Of a stretch of 64,000 nucleotides of DNA, positions 29,801-44,344 are shown piece after piece (the stretch's first letter is position 1; each line of letters opens with the position of its first letter). This DNA is from the human T2T-CHM13v2.0 reference genome, Homo sapiens, in NCBI RefSeq assembly GCF_009914755.1, contig NC_060930.1; one strand, 5' to 3'. Under the pieces are notes generated by a model, which saw nothing but the letters and a program-made list of their open reading frames with translations, was not told the origin of the DNA and did not search any database. A program made the position numbers and the translations under genes.

Positions 29801-32516
29801 TTACCTGAAGTAACTGCAACTAGAGGCAGTGAGGTAAAATCTAGGAAGGCAGTTTCCTGCAGCAGGGAGATTTCCCAAGAAGATACTATCAGGGCTTCCT
29901 AGGAATTATATAGACTGTGTCTCAAAAGATCACTCTGTCTTTCTAAAGTCATTTTCTGCTTCCCCCATTGTTATGATGTATTTATTCATTGTTGGTAATT
30001 GCACTTTGGAATGTGATTTAAAAACCATGTTTCTGCCAGGGCCTAAAAGCAGTATAGGCTCCAAGGGCATTCAAGCTTTGGCCTCATCTGTGGATGCCGT
30101 CATTGGACCTGCCAAAAATGATGCAAATAGTTAGAAACAATGGGCTATGGTACCCTTCTGCTATTAGACTATACTCAGTACTCCACAGATTATTTTTAAT
30201 TTCTCCTAGAGGCTAAGGGAATACATTAGATAAATTGGGTACCAGTTGCTAAGATATCTTAAATAGGAAGAATTGTTTCTGCTGGAATTTTAGGGGATGA
30301 AGATAAATTATCTAGAATGAAAAGTGCTCGGAAAATTAGTCATATAGAAAATAAGTATACAATGTTTTCTGAAACCAAAAGGTATGTATTATCACAAAGA
30401 CCAACTTACCAGATTTCACCATAACCAAACTATACCTGCTTCTACATTAAACTACGAAGAGACAAGTCAATTTCTTTTTGAAAATAACCATTTTCCCAAT
30501 TGCCCATAGTGATTAGAGAGTCATGTCATGAACACAACAGATGAGACTGAAGCAGAGCTCAGGGTTAAGAAGATTCAAATATCCAGCCAGGTGCCTCTTT
30601 CCACAGTACTTTCACTGAGTTCATCTCATTTTTAGCTTTCAGTGAACCTATGAGGATGATATGATACAAGCTCATCAGTCAACAGCCATACAGAGAAGAG
30701 CCAGTAATTCAACAGGTGAAAATGTGGCCATTTATAAACCAGCTTACAGAGTTATTACTGACTCTAACTTCCCAAAGCTGGATGCATGCAACACCTGGGG
30801 AAACAATGGCCAATGAGGTAGCATTCAATTTCTCTTGTCAAGGTAGCCAAGGGTTTACCACCAGGACCAAATTTATCTTTACAACAAATCTCCAGACACA
30901 TCCCTCAGATCTTGACCATCCTTAAATTTTCCCATACTGGACTTTTATCCATTTCCTATTCTATCACACACTCTCACATCGCCTTTCTTTCACTCATGCA
31001 GATTCTTGTATCAAGAATATGCTCTTCCCCAGCTTCATCTGATGAGCTCTTGTTCATTAAGGATTAGGTCAGATGTGACCTCCTGTGTGTAGCCTTCCTG
31101 GTTCATGTTATATACTTTTCTGTCACCACATTTAGCAGCTTGTATTATACAGTAGCCTATTGTTATTTTTTTCCATGGACTCTCAACTCTGTGGGTTCAA
31201 GGGCCACATCTTATTCACCTGTGTGTCCCTCATTGCACCAAGCAGTATACCTGAACCATTAGAACAAAGATGAAAAGGCCTTTCTAACAAATCAAATAGT
31301 TCTAAACAAAAAGTGGCTCTAGACAGTTGTCCTATAAGCTCTCTAGATTATATAACAGAAATAGGAACATAATTGCTTTTTGTGTTATTAATACCATTTC
31401 TAGAAAGTATACTGTTAAAGCAGTAGAGATCTTTTTTCCCTAACTCTGAACTCAAAAAGCAATTTATTGTTGAAAAGAATAGCAATTGCTCAATAGAAGT
31501 TTATAAGCATGCAGAAATATTCTCCATTTGGCTATTTTAATACTCACCCTTGAGTTTAAAAAAATTCAAGGCTATATTTCAAATCATAGTCTCTTTAAAG
31601 CATTTATTCATACAGTGAGAGTAATATAGTACAGGTCTAGGATTTTCTAGTGGTCTAAATTTTAAAATGAAGTATTTATTCTGGCTTGGTTTCCTTCACA
31701 GTGACTGGCCCTTACATGAGCCAGGCCAAATACAAATGCTCTAAAAAAGACCCTATAGCTTTACTCCAGAACTTCAAGGAATCTGTCCAGCCTTTGCCTT
31801 CAACCCTCCATTTCAAACTTGTTTGTTCCATCTGGGTCTACCTGGTATTCATTCTCTTGCCTTATAACTAGTCTTCACCTCTCTGTCATTTGGCCTGTTT
31901 GCTTAGTCTCAATTCCAGTTTCACCTGGAACCCTCAACCGACCTCCAGGTCTTTTGAATCTTCCTTGGCTCCCTGCTCTAAATCTATCATAGTTGCACCA
32001 TACCTTAACTTTCAGGCCCAGCTTCCAAAATATTCATGTTGAGTATGAATATTCAATATTCATTCTTCCCACACCTCCAAGGACAAAATTCAGAAGAAAT
32101 CTAGAAGATGAATGATAAGCATGTTCATTTTACTTGCTTTCCTGAATTTCAATTCAATCTAGCTTAGAGCATAGGACAGTAGACTTTTCAAGAATGAAGT
32201 TGCTAATTAGTGCCCAAAATTTGGATTTCATGGTCAATTAAAGCAATTCTATTTGTTTTTAATAAGAAACACTCAGAAATAGTTTTGTTTATGTTATAAT
32301 AATCAAAGTAATGGATTTGTGTTGCTGTCCTGATTGAGATTATATTGTTGCTCAAATCATATCAAACCAGACTAGAGATAAAACTGCAGAAAAAAGCTAA
32401 AAAAATTATTCAAGATTTTTCAAATCCAAAATGAACCACCAAGCACTAGGTAAAAGTCCTGGGACAAGAGCCAGAAGCAAGGAAGAGATTGTTTTGATCC
32501 AGAATCTCTAACCATT

Positions 32517-32860
32517 TGATATGGTTTGGCTGTGTCCCACCCAAATCTCAAATTGTAGCTCCCATAATTTGGATATGGGAGGTAATTGAATCATAAGGGA
32601 GGGTCTTTCCTGTGCTGTTCTCATGATAGTGAATAAGTCTCATGAGATCTGATGGTTTTATAAAGGGGGGTTCCCCTGCACATGCTCTTTGTCTTGCCTG
32701 CCACAATGTAACACATGACTTTGCTCCTCCTTTGCCTTCTGCCCTGATTGTGAGTCCTCCCCAGCCACATGGAACCATAAGTCCCTTGAGCCTCTTTTTC
32801 TTTATAAATTTTCTAGTCTCTGGTATGTCTTTATCAGCAGTGTGAGAACAGACTAATACA
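32517..32860 (+). mobile_element. THE1 solo LTR (MaLR)
   Basis: TGATATGGTTTGGCTGTGTCCC...GAACAGACTAATACA with a perfect 5-bp TSD CCATT on both sides. Confidence 0.93.
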
Positions 32861-33611
32861 CCATTTCTCTAGAATGCTTGACTTTTTTTTAATTGGGTGC
32901 CCCTAATAGGCATACTGATTTACAAAATGCAAAATATATTCCCAGTTAGCTAAAAGCATCAACCTGGTGAGGGTTATATTGACTGTTGTGGACACAATTG
33001 CCAAAACATCTCTCAAAATGTCTCAAGTTTTGGCATGGCTGGTTGTGGGGTGAGCTTTGATCCCAATCTACCAACAGCCAGACACTTCCTGATGTTACTC
33101 CTAGCAGACAGCCAAAAGAGACTTGCCTTTCCATTTTCTATGGTAAAATTATATGCATTTTACTATATCATTGATACCTATTCTAACCAAGGTCTTAATC
33201 AATTTTTTAATTCCTGGTCTGTGACTAGATAAATACAGAAACTGAGAGTAATCATTTAGAAACTCACACGGCAATCTGACACTGCTACAACATCCAGCAT
33301 TTCATTTTTCTACTAATTCATTTTTATCATATTTTTAATGACCGTCTGCCTAGATTATAAATTTTAAAAAGAAAGAAACTGTCTCTTAAGCATAGATAAT
33401 TTGAAAAGCTCTAATCTAAGCCATTTGGCCATCTTAACCGGATGTCCTTCGAGAATGTCAAGGGAAACAGTGGACACTCTCATGGGGAAGCTGAGTTATA
33501 TACTTCAAAGCACAATTCAGTAAAATCCAGATTCCAAAGGGATGAAATAAATAGTCTCTGGTACAAGCTCTTTGATGACTTGGCTTAATCCACATATAAA
33601 ATTTGGATATG

Positions 33612-33804
33612 CAGGTGTTGGCAGACTAAGTCTTGTCACCTGTTTTTGGAAATACACTTTTTTGGAACACTGCCACACTCATTTGTTTACATATTGTCCA
33701 AGGCTGCTTTCAAGAGTTGAGTAGTGATGACAGAGACCATTTGGCCCACAAAGCCTAAAATATTTACCATATGACCCATTACAGAAAAAGTTTGCCAGTC
33801 TCTG
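33612..33804. mobile_element. MER58A (hAT-Charlie MITE)
   Basis: CAGGTGTTGGCAGACT ... TGGCCCACAAAGCCTAAAATATTTAC ... AAAAAGTTTGCCAGTCTCTG; imperfect TIRs. Confidence 0.85.
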
Positions 33805-34339
33805 ATCTAGTAGATATATAGACTGCTATCATTAGTTCTCTAAAACCGAGTTTGGAAAGCACAGAGTTCAAAGTCATATTTTCAGGAAGTATATGCAAAA
33901 CAGATGCATTGTCAGTGTAGGGCAGATCCGTATAATTTGATGACACGTATGTGGAAAGGCAGTGTTGATAACCTCTGTTTCAGCCTAGCCATTGAAAGTT
34001 TATTTTTTCACTCTATGTATAACCCCTGAATAAACTTGTAGATTTAAAAGCCTTATATAGGTAGTTAGCTCTACCAATTAAATGTCTAGTCCATATTTTT
34101 ATCTTATATATAGAATTAAACCCAAGTGACTAATGAACCTGAAGATGTAGAATGAAAGACCGCAGAGAAATGGAATCCAACAGTCAGAGTAGAATGTAAA
34201 CAGTTCTGACAAGAAGAACTTGAGGTGATTAATTAAATGTGTCACTAGAGTCTTGATTTACCTAACACAGGGTGAACTTCACACAGTCAAGATAAATACA
34301 AACAAAGCCTTAAATTGTTGATATTTTTATAACAATCCA

Positions 34340-34640
34340 CATTAGTTAAGGGAAAACATAAACCCAAACATCTCAGCAGTTCAACATAAGAAAAGTTTAT
34401 TTCTCACCCATGAAAGAGTCTGATATAAATGTTCTTAGTCAGCGAGCAGCTTTTCACTCTGTGGTGATTTAGGGACCAGGCTCCTTCCATGATCACAGAA
34501 GTACATGCATGAATGGTTCCAGGAATGAAAATTGCCCGCATCACTTCCACACATGGCCATACCTGACAGCAAGGGAGTCTGGGAAATGCAGTCCAACTGT
34601 GAACCCAGACTGTAAACAGTTAGCCAAGCTCTTCCATACC
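34340..34640 (-). mobile_element. Old MaLR LTR (MLT1J/K/L-like)
   Basis: AAGTTTATTTCTCAC, GGGACCAGGCTCCTTCCAT and GCAAGGGAGTCTGGGAAATGCAGTC motifs. Confidence 0.65.
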
Positions 34641-36699
34641 CACTTAAATGTGGAACCTAATTTAACTTTACTGTGTTTGTCTGAAAGATGCCAGCAATTT
34701 TCCAGGGAATTAAATCAAGAAACATCTCCAGAAGGTATGCTAATATTACTAGAATATGCAGGGATGAAATTTTACTCTATGGACTCTAAACATTTCATCC
34801 AAAACAGTGGTTGTGTGTATGCTAACCCTATCTCCCAGTTGGGCAACTCAGAATATGTCTTAGCTGCCCTCTTTCATATTTTACACCTGGCATTATATTT
34901 ACCTGCAGAATTTAACTCTTTTAACAAATTCTAGCAAGGCTGGTAGATCTGCCATTAGTGAATCAAAGTGAAAAACTGTGATCCCCAACAAATAAGCCCC
35001 AGGGTCACTGCAACTATTGTGTTGTCCAAGACTTACAGACCCTGCCAGCTTAATAGAGATGCTCTTTGCTCTGGCTCTTGTCCTCTTTGTAATTAATCAA
35101 TGTTTAATGCCTCAGCAAGGTCCTAAGCAGATTACCACAGCCTTATCTTTTAGTGTCAGGATAGCCGTTTACTTCAGCTGAACAAAATGCTTAGATTCCT
35201 CTGATGGACCAGGGCCAGGCTTGCTGTAGGCCCAATGATGCATTAGGAAACAGGACATGAAAGTGTATCACTGTGGCACAGCTAGGTTTGTCTTATATGG
35301 TGATGGGTAGACCCTAGCATGCTAAGATGAGACATCCATAGGCCTAATAGCACAGAAGCAGTAAGTACACAGCCCTGGCCTTCTTTGACCTGGAAAATTT
35401 CTCTTTCCATGAGGACTTCATTGACCACTGAATTGTGGACTCACCTCCGGAAGGAAACAAGGAGGCACCTGGGAGCTGAGTCTACTCATTCACCTGTATT
35501 ATTATCTCATACATCCTTTGCTTGTTTGTTATTTCAATAAAAAAAAACTGAGATGGAGACAATTTAAGCTGAGTCCTCTTTATCATTCTTCCAAACCTGC
35601 TAGCCCAGCACAAACGTGAAGAGTCTGGTCTAGCTCAGGTCCTTTATATACTTAACTCTAGCTTCTCCCACAAGCTCCCAGCCCCTGTCATCACCAGTCT
35701 GCTAGGTTTTTCCACTAGGATGTCCTACAACACATCATGCCTGACTTGCCAGCTTCTGTGCCATGTTATTCTCTATCAGAACTTAATTAATGGTGCTATC
35801 ATTTTTCCAGCCACCCAGTCTTAGAACAAAAGTCATATTATCCTCCTCTTTGTCCTTGGTCCTTTTGCATTCCAGCAACCACCAAGCTAAACTGATCCTT
35901 CTGAATCCTTCAGAGAGCTAAGTTACAAGAAGCTGAATTAACTCTGGTTAGTTTCAATAGAATCATAATTTGCTCAGTGATGCTGAGTAACTCACAGAAT
36001 GTTTGGGAAAGCAAAAGAATGAGACCAGAGAACCAAGAACAGTTCTTAAATTGTGCACGCTGCACACATCCTAGCAGGATGCAACTGCCACCACCTCAAG
36101 GCATAGTTCCAGCAGCTCACACAAACACCCTCTGGGCCCAGAGTGCTGCCGCCAGAACTCTAGAACTATCATTTCTATGTGATACCTCTGGGAAGTGGGT
36201 ACAGATCCCTCCACTACTGCTACTACTGCTACTGTCACCCTTACCAGAATGGATCCTATACCATCCTTATCTCTTCATGTCACTAATGTTCAGTTTAATG
36301 TCTTGGGTGGATGGATCTGATCAGTGGAGCTCAGTCTTCATGACTGAGCCACAGGAGCATTGAAAACATAAGAAACAGGTTCAGCTGCTATGTATCTGAG
36401 GCAGGTACTAGGTATTCAGCACTCAGTCTAACCCCCTTCTGTCTTCTAAACCTCACTTGCTTAGAAACCCTTACAGCAACACCATTCTGGCCAGGAAAAT
36501 GGAAGCAGTACGATCTCTTCCACTTTCTCCTCCTTTTTGTCCATTATGAGGCTGGCTCTTGGTAGGGCATTGGTCACATGTATGTTGGTGTTATGTTCAC
36601 ATAATACCAAATCTGGAAACTGAAAGTGGAAAATATGAACTTAGCTCACTGACAACTAGGAAGCTGCTGACCTTTAATATGTACTGGGGTGACCTACTA

Positions 36700-36780
36700 T
36701 TAGGGTGGTGCAAAAGTAATTGCAGTTTTTGCTATTCCTTTTAATAGTGAAAACCCGCAATTACTTTTGCACCAACCTCA
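36700..36780. mobile_element. MADE1 (Hsmar1-derived MITE)
   Basis: TTAGGGTGGTGCAAAAGTAATTGCAG...CGCAATTACTTTTGCACCAACCTCA, ~80-bp inverted repeat with TA on both sides. Confidence 0.95.
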
Positions 36781-39700
36781 TAGATGCTAAATGCAGAGCA
36801 GGCATCACTGAGGGTGGTAGTGTTAGAAGGTATGGAGGAAAATTCTTCATAAAGTTGGCATCTGCTGTCTCCTTGCTATTTTCAGCCATGTCCTAAAAGA
36901 AAAGGATGAACCAGAGTGGAACTACCAGTCTGCAAACAGAGATGGAAGGAAATACAACTTTGTTAAAGGAGATGCTTTTTGTCTGAAGCCCACAATCCTA
37001 GCTTCATTAAGAAACTCACAACACGGGGTCCTGCATATTGAAAGAGATAAGTCTCTTGAACCCTGACATATAATTGTTATAAGCAATGGCTGGGAAGGGG
37101 CAGGCCCCCGCAGTCGATAGCTCTGGGGCCCCATGGTTTTCTCAAGCATGACAAAGGACAGCATAACCTGGTTCCTTGACTGCATTTTTGAGGAACCACC
37201 CTGCTCTCCAGACTTCCAGACTTCTTACTGCATGAGATAAATAAGCCCCTATTTGGTCTAGGTTGCTCTTATATACAGTTGATAGTCCTACTGATGCAGG
37301 GCCAACAAGAATGACAAATGTCCATAAACCATCTTATGAAATATCCCTCACATACATTCCTACCATTCTATCCCAGCTGCTTTGCCCTGGGCCAGATCCT
37401 TCTGGATCTCAGCTTACAACCAATCTGTTAGTTCCCTGCCTGTTCCTTCATTCTGTAATGTGTTTGTCGCCATAATGGATCCTCAGCCCCTTAAAACAAT
37501 GCCTAACACATAATAGGTAATCTTTACATGTTTGTTGCAGATGGAAGATGAACAAGTGGATATAGTGCTAGCCAAAGAATCAGAAAATTATGCACCAACC
37601 CCACCTGGGAAGTTCAGCTGCATAAACTGCATGAAATGACTCTGGTAATACTTCTGGATTTTTGTGTTTTTTAATCTGGATCTGGAAGAGTCATCTATCT
37701 GTTGCCTATCTGACAAAAGGTATGTGTAAAAGTCCTTTCAAAACTACAAAGCATTACAAGAGTATTATTTTGGTCATCCATGTAAGAAATTGCATAGAGC
37801 CCCAAATTAAGTTGAAAATAAAACAACAGCAATTTAGAAAACATTACCACCTATATAATCTACTATCAGGTAGAATATTCAGAAAGAGTATTGAAAGATA
37901 TTATAAATGTAATCACCATTTAATTTTCAATGTTAAGACATGATCAAAAGATAATAGTTCAGGAGGCGGAAATGATATCTGCTACTTATAGTGTCATAAC
38001 ATAATATTTACTCTATAATTGCATGATCAATATTTACTCGGTGATTATATAGCTTTTCACATGGTTGCTTGGATCCAATAAAATAAAGGAAAAGCAGTTA
38101 TCTTTATTGTCCCAGGGGCAGATTTGACGAAGATAAACTTTCTGGATGATCTTCCTTATTGGCTTATTTTACCCTGAAAATCACTATTATTTTCAACCCA
38201 CAAGCAGCTTTTGTGGCATAAGCTTTCATTTGTGAATCTCACAGATTTCAAAGTCAATCCCTCAAAGTCAATGCCCAGGAGAAACGGGTTACCCCTTTCT
38301 CTGAAATTCCTTCTATCTGTCTGCACTCCCAATATACAGAACAGTATTTTTCTAGATAAATAATAATGCTTGCATTTTTAAACTCGTCACATAATGTGAT
38401 TGAAGATAAAAAACAAAGTATTTGAGGCTGCCTCCAAATCCCAAATCCCAAAATTCTGAAAGGACTTACACATTTGTGGTTCTCTAAAACTATGTGTCTC
38501 ACAGATTATGGGAAGAGATGCCTTAAAATGTGTTTTTATTTTTTAGCTTTGCATTGTGAAAACATCCCTTGTAAATTCACTGGAGGTTTATTAAGGGATG
38601 TTGGGACCATTATTTACTTTTAGAAGATGAAAGGGTCTGCAAAGTGAAAAAAATCAAGTGGCTTCTGAGAGGCACCTTAGAATACAAAATATTTCCAATC
38701 TGAAATGTGCCATCGTTATCAACTGATGTCATATTTATTGTTTGGTATGTATAGTGAAATTTACTACTCTTGAATTTTGGAAGCCATCTGCTCAACTTAA
38801 GGCACTTTAGGAATTCTAGAACTAAAGTAACTAAATTTGGATTAACAAAACTGAAAGAAATCTTTTCAAAGGAGGGGAGTTCAGACAAGAAGGAAAAAGA
38901 ATACTGTAAAGCTTCTATGCACATGAAAACCCAGTTCTGTACTCAGTAGACTTGAATTAAAGGAAAAAAAAGATTTAATTGCTTGAGTCTAATTTGGAAT
39001 ATTATTGCATCTTGCTACATTCAATAAATCTACATATTTTATGATCACGCTAATTGTTTCTGTTTATGAGATGGGCAGAGTAAAACAGTTCAATATTCGA
39101 TGAAAAATACAGCCTAATGGCATATATGACATCATGTTTATTGTTGAAATAAGAGCAAATAATATATATACCGCTAATGGCCAATGATTAAATTTCCTTC
39201 ATATAAAAAAAAGCTAACTGGTATTGATCACAGAACTATTTGTATGCTTCAATGACACTTACCAAAGATATGTGCTTAAAAAGGCTAAAAGTTGGTCCTA
39301 AACCAATCTCTTATCACAATAATCACAGCAGAATTAAAGATCTGCAACACCAATGCACCACCTGTATTCCTATAGTCATTTATTTATTACTCATACTCCG
39401 TTTATTTCCAAAAAGGAAACAAAGCAGAGTAAGAGAAGCTGCGCATACACAAGCGCATGTGTGTGTATGTGTGTGATGTACACATATTGGGGCAGAGGGA
39501 AAAAGGAGATTGTAAGAGGCTATGGAGTTCTGCCTATGAATTGAGTGTAGCGAAACAATTATATTTCTTTCAGAAAGGCAAAAACGGAAGCATAATGATT
39601 TATAAAACTTTTACTTTATTAAAAGATTTTAAAACATAAAAGTGTGTTACCAGAGGAATTAATAGATAACATGTACAATCACCAATCACCTAGCACAAAC

Positions 39701-41374
39701 TCTAGCAAATACTAGACTCAATATATACTAGTTCATTCATCCACTCATTCAGCAAATACTTATGTGGCAACTACCATGAGCCAGGTATACTCCTGCTAAA
39801 TGGGAATTCAATATCCAAATAAATTTGTCACCTGTATTTTTAGGGAAGAAAAAAGAAAATGTTAATGATTAAGCCTCAAATGTAAGTTTACAAAAGACTC
39901 AGAGGCTTCCTTATGCCCATCTTTTATAAAAGTCAGAGACATCGTGTGAAATCCTGATTCTGTGAAGGCATTTCTACCTACAGCTGAAGTATTGCAGTCC
40001 AGACATGAAGGTTTCTAGATCTCCTACTAGACCCAGTGTGACAGCTGAGAGAGTCTATTCTGCAGAAATAGATGCTAGGCATGAAGCCACTGAAGAGAGC
40101 TCCCAGCATTGATCTTCTGGCCCTTTTCTTGAAGTTCAGTTGCTTTGGATTGCTGACTGAAATATCAGTTTGCTTTAGATACCAGCAACAGACATCGAGG
40201 TGTGATTTAAAAGCCTCCTTACCAGAAATATCTTTCCAGTTATGAGGCACCTGAAACATGAAACTCTACTATAGGAGATTTATTAGAGTGGAATAGAAAT
40301 CATGTTTTTCAAGCATTCTTTCTGGAATTTCAATTATGGTACTTCTTATACATAGTCTGTTTGCCTTTCTTTAATAGACAAAAGCATGTTTTGCTTCCTA
40401 TACCATAACCCCAGTACCTAGCACAATGCCAAGCACATAGAAGGGAGTCAATGAATATTTATAGTGTGAATGAGTAAGTATGCAATTACCAAAGGTGAAA
40501 CTCCTTAACAAATGGCAGAGATCCACCCACAGAGTGCCAGGGACAATATGAACATTATTTTGTCAGATACACCCTTGTCCTAATGGAGTCCTATCAATGT
40601 ACCTTCCAGCAGCACCAAACTGCCTTCAGAAAGGGCATTAGACCTGTTTGGGCACTCGAACAAATTTGTCATTAAAGCCCTAGAGCCGGACAATACAAAG
40701 CATGAAAAATATTACCTTTTCCTGGAGAAGTTGAAAGCAGGTATTATCAATCATTTATTTCTACTATAAAACAATCATCATACAACTCACCCTGAACTTT
40801 CATGGGCCCCCTGGAAGACTGGCCACCAAATGCATTCCTGACCATTAAATCAATTTACCTGTGAAATGAAATAGTTTGTTTAGATTCCTTTGTCTTAGAC
40901 AAGACTAAGAAAGAAAGGGCCAAAGAGTCTAAAACATATTATCCATCTCCTGGCTTAGTGAAAATTAGGGCATCTAATTAAAAGTGAATTTTTATTCTGT
41001 ATCCTAATGCCAACTTACAATAACTCATCATTTAACTACATTTAACAAATTTAAAAAAAAATTTAGTGCCTACTAGGTGCTACAAAGATTTTTTAAAAAC
41101 TAAGAGCCTCCATTTTAAAGGACCTAATAATATGAAGGAGTTATTTCCCACTGTTGTGACAATGCAAGAAAACAGATGTTTGGGAATTTCTGGTCTCATC
41201 GAAAAAATAAGGCAAATCCACAAGAAACAGTCAAATGAGGTAGAAATACACTGTCAAAAGAGAGGTATCAACTAACTATTTTATGAATCATCTTTTTTAG
41301 GATTTTTGTGACATTTTTAAAAGACACTTAAGCAGAGAGATAGAATTATTATTTTTATTAAAAATAAAATATGA

Positions 41375-41737
<363 letters not shown>

Positions 41738-41964
41738 TTATGTCACTTATGTCACAGGGCAGTGACTTTTTCTTGGAGCTAAATTATAATTCTGATCTCC
41801 CTATTTCTAAATAATTATGTTAAACTATGTCCTGGTTTGGCAAGTTTAGACAACACCCATTAATTCCCTTTATGGTAGATGAGAATTTAGCTCTTGCCCC
41901 ACTACCATATTTCTCTTTCCAATTTTCTCAGGTCAGTTATTTCATAACATTTTGTTAAGTTAAT

Positions 41965-42409
41965 TGCTATGGTTTGAATATGGTTTGTTTGGCCCTGTCA
42001 AGTCTTATGTTGAAATTTGATCCCCGGTGTTACAGGTGGGGCCTGGGGGGAGGTGTTTGAGTTATGGGGCAGATCCCACATGAATGGCTTGGTGCCTTCC
42101 TTGCAGTAATGAGTGAGTTCTTGTTCCATTAGTTCCCATGAGCATTCCACTAAGAGCTAGTTGTTTAAAGGAGCCTGACATCTTCCCTCTCTCTCTTGCG
42201 TCCACTCTCTTGCCATGTGATCGCTGCACATACTGGCTCTCCCTCTCCTTTTGCCGTGAATGGAAGAAGCATGAAGCCCTCACCAGAAACAGATGCTGGT
42301 GCCATGTTTCTTATACAGCCTGAAGAACCATGAGCCAAATAAACCTCTTTCCTTTATAAATTACACAGCCTCAGAGATTGCTTTATAACAACACAAACAG
42401 ACTAAGACA
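41965..42409 (+). mobile_element. MSTB-like solo LTR (MaLR)
   Basis: TGCTATGGTTTGAATATGG...ACAGACTAAGACA; TSD TTAAT/TCAAT. Confidence 0.88.
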
Positions 42410-42463
42410 TCAATCGTCAATGTTCATTGCAAAGCAATATTAGATAGGTGTATTATGATTATA

Positions 42464-42894
42464 CAGTTGACCCTTGAACAATGCAAGGGTTGTTTAAACC
42501 CCCAGGCAGTTAAAAATCTGCGTATAAATTTCGACACTCCAAAAACTTAACTACTAATAGCTTACTACTGACCAGGAGCCTTACTGATAACATAGTCAAC
42601 ACATATTTTGCATGTTATGTGTATTATATACCATATTTTTACAATACAGTAAGCTAGAGAAAATAAAACGTTCTTAAGAAAATCCTAAGGAAGAGAAAAT
42701 GTGTTTACAAATCATTAAGTGGAAGTGGATCATCATAAAGGTCTTCATCCTCATAGTATTCATGTTGAATAGGCTGAAGCGGGCAAGGAAGAGGGAGGGT
42801 TAGTCTTGCTGTCTCAGGGGTGGCAGAGGCTGAAGAAAATCTATATATAAGTGGACCTGTGCAGTTCAAACCCATGTTGTTCAAGAGTCAACTG
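42464..42894. mobile_element. Tigger2a (MER28) non-autonomous DNA transposon
   Basis: TIRs CAGTTGACCCTTGAACAA / TTGTTCAAGAGTCAACTG, TA TSD. Confidence 0.92.
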
Positions 42895-43997
42895 TATTTC
42901 CTTTCTTGTACAACTTTGTTTTTTCTCTGAACTACAAAACTGTGTAATGTTTCATTTACTTAGTTTTCTATGTATCCCATGTCTTGTTGGGGGTTCTAAA
43001 ATCTCCCTATAATAAACTCCCCAATCAAGAGTCCTAGACTATTTCCTATTTTTCAATGTGGATTTTAACTTTCTATTTACTTATTGGCTTTCCCCCACTG
43101 GAATACACTGGTTCCTATTTTCTAATCTGGATTTTAACTAAAATCAGCTCTATTTTCTTATTGGCTTTCTCCTCCTGTTTTCAGGTAGATTATATCCCTT
43201 ACTGGAATGTAATCTACCTGAAAACAGGAACTTTAGTGCCTAGAACACTGCCTGAACTACACTGGGTATGCAATAGATATAGTAATAAGCATTTTTTTCG
43301 AAGCAACAGGTCATTCAGATTTTATACAGTTAAAACCATCATAACTATGATAAAACTCAGAAATTTACAAGGCTTATCAGAAATTTTTTAAGTTTTATAG
43401 AGAATCTGGAGTATTATAACTAGGGTAAAGTCATCAAAATTAAAACAGAAAATCAAATTAAAAGTAAATAAATAAAAACAAGAAAAGGGCTAAAATGACC
43501 CAAGTATAAAGAAATTACTTTCTGAAGGTCATTTCATTACATTAATTTGGGTACTAGCTTCAAGTTATTTTTTAAAGTTTATTTTATCTATAAAATACAT
43601 GCTTTCATTAAATGCATCATTACTTTTATGATCCTTGTAATCAATCTCCTTTTTCCCCTTCTAAACATGAGAAACAAATAAGACAGACACAAACATTTAT
43701 ATTGATGAGCTTTTAAAAATACATGGAGATGGCTTAAGGGAAAAGGAATTAAAGATAGCTTTATGATAAAATCTACATTCAAGGCAGAACTTAAATGACT
43801 AAGGATTCTGAGTATATTTCACAGCTCAGAAAATATTCAATCCAAAGTAAAATGGACCCAGAACAGGGTTTGTATAAAATAAGAACAGATGAGTAATTAA
43901 GGCCTACTTTAAGGCACTAAACTCTTTTCAAAAAGAAAATTGTGATCATGGAATTTTTCTTTCTCATGAATGTAGAGATTTTTTTAAAGCAATAAAA

Positions 43998-44344
43998 CAG
44001 AGATTGCAATTCAAAGGCTATCTGATTGCACCTGCCTCACAGGCTGGTTTTGTTTGATGCACAAAAAGTTTTTTTTTTTTATTTCATTCTGTTTGGGTTG
44101 TTAATTTGAATTTCTTGCCAACGTTAAAAAATCAAGCAATTTCACATAAAAATCTGGAATCCTGACATCTCTCAAGAATTCCTGAAGAGCCATGATCAGC
44201 TGTACCTGATCAGTGAATACCCCTTAGACAGGCATAATCTCTCAAAGTAGCAAGATCACTTCCTCCCAGGCCTTCATATTCATTCATCTTCTTTAAATTA
44301 AGTCTCCTGCTTGGCTCACTGAGGGTTTGCATTTGCACACCCTG
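43998..44344. mobile_element. MER102-like hAT-Charlie element
   Basis: TTGCCAACGTTAAAAAATC..ATTTCACATAAAAATCTGGA core; ends TTTGCACACCCTG. Confidence 0.65.
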
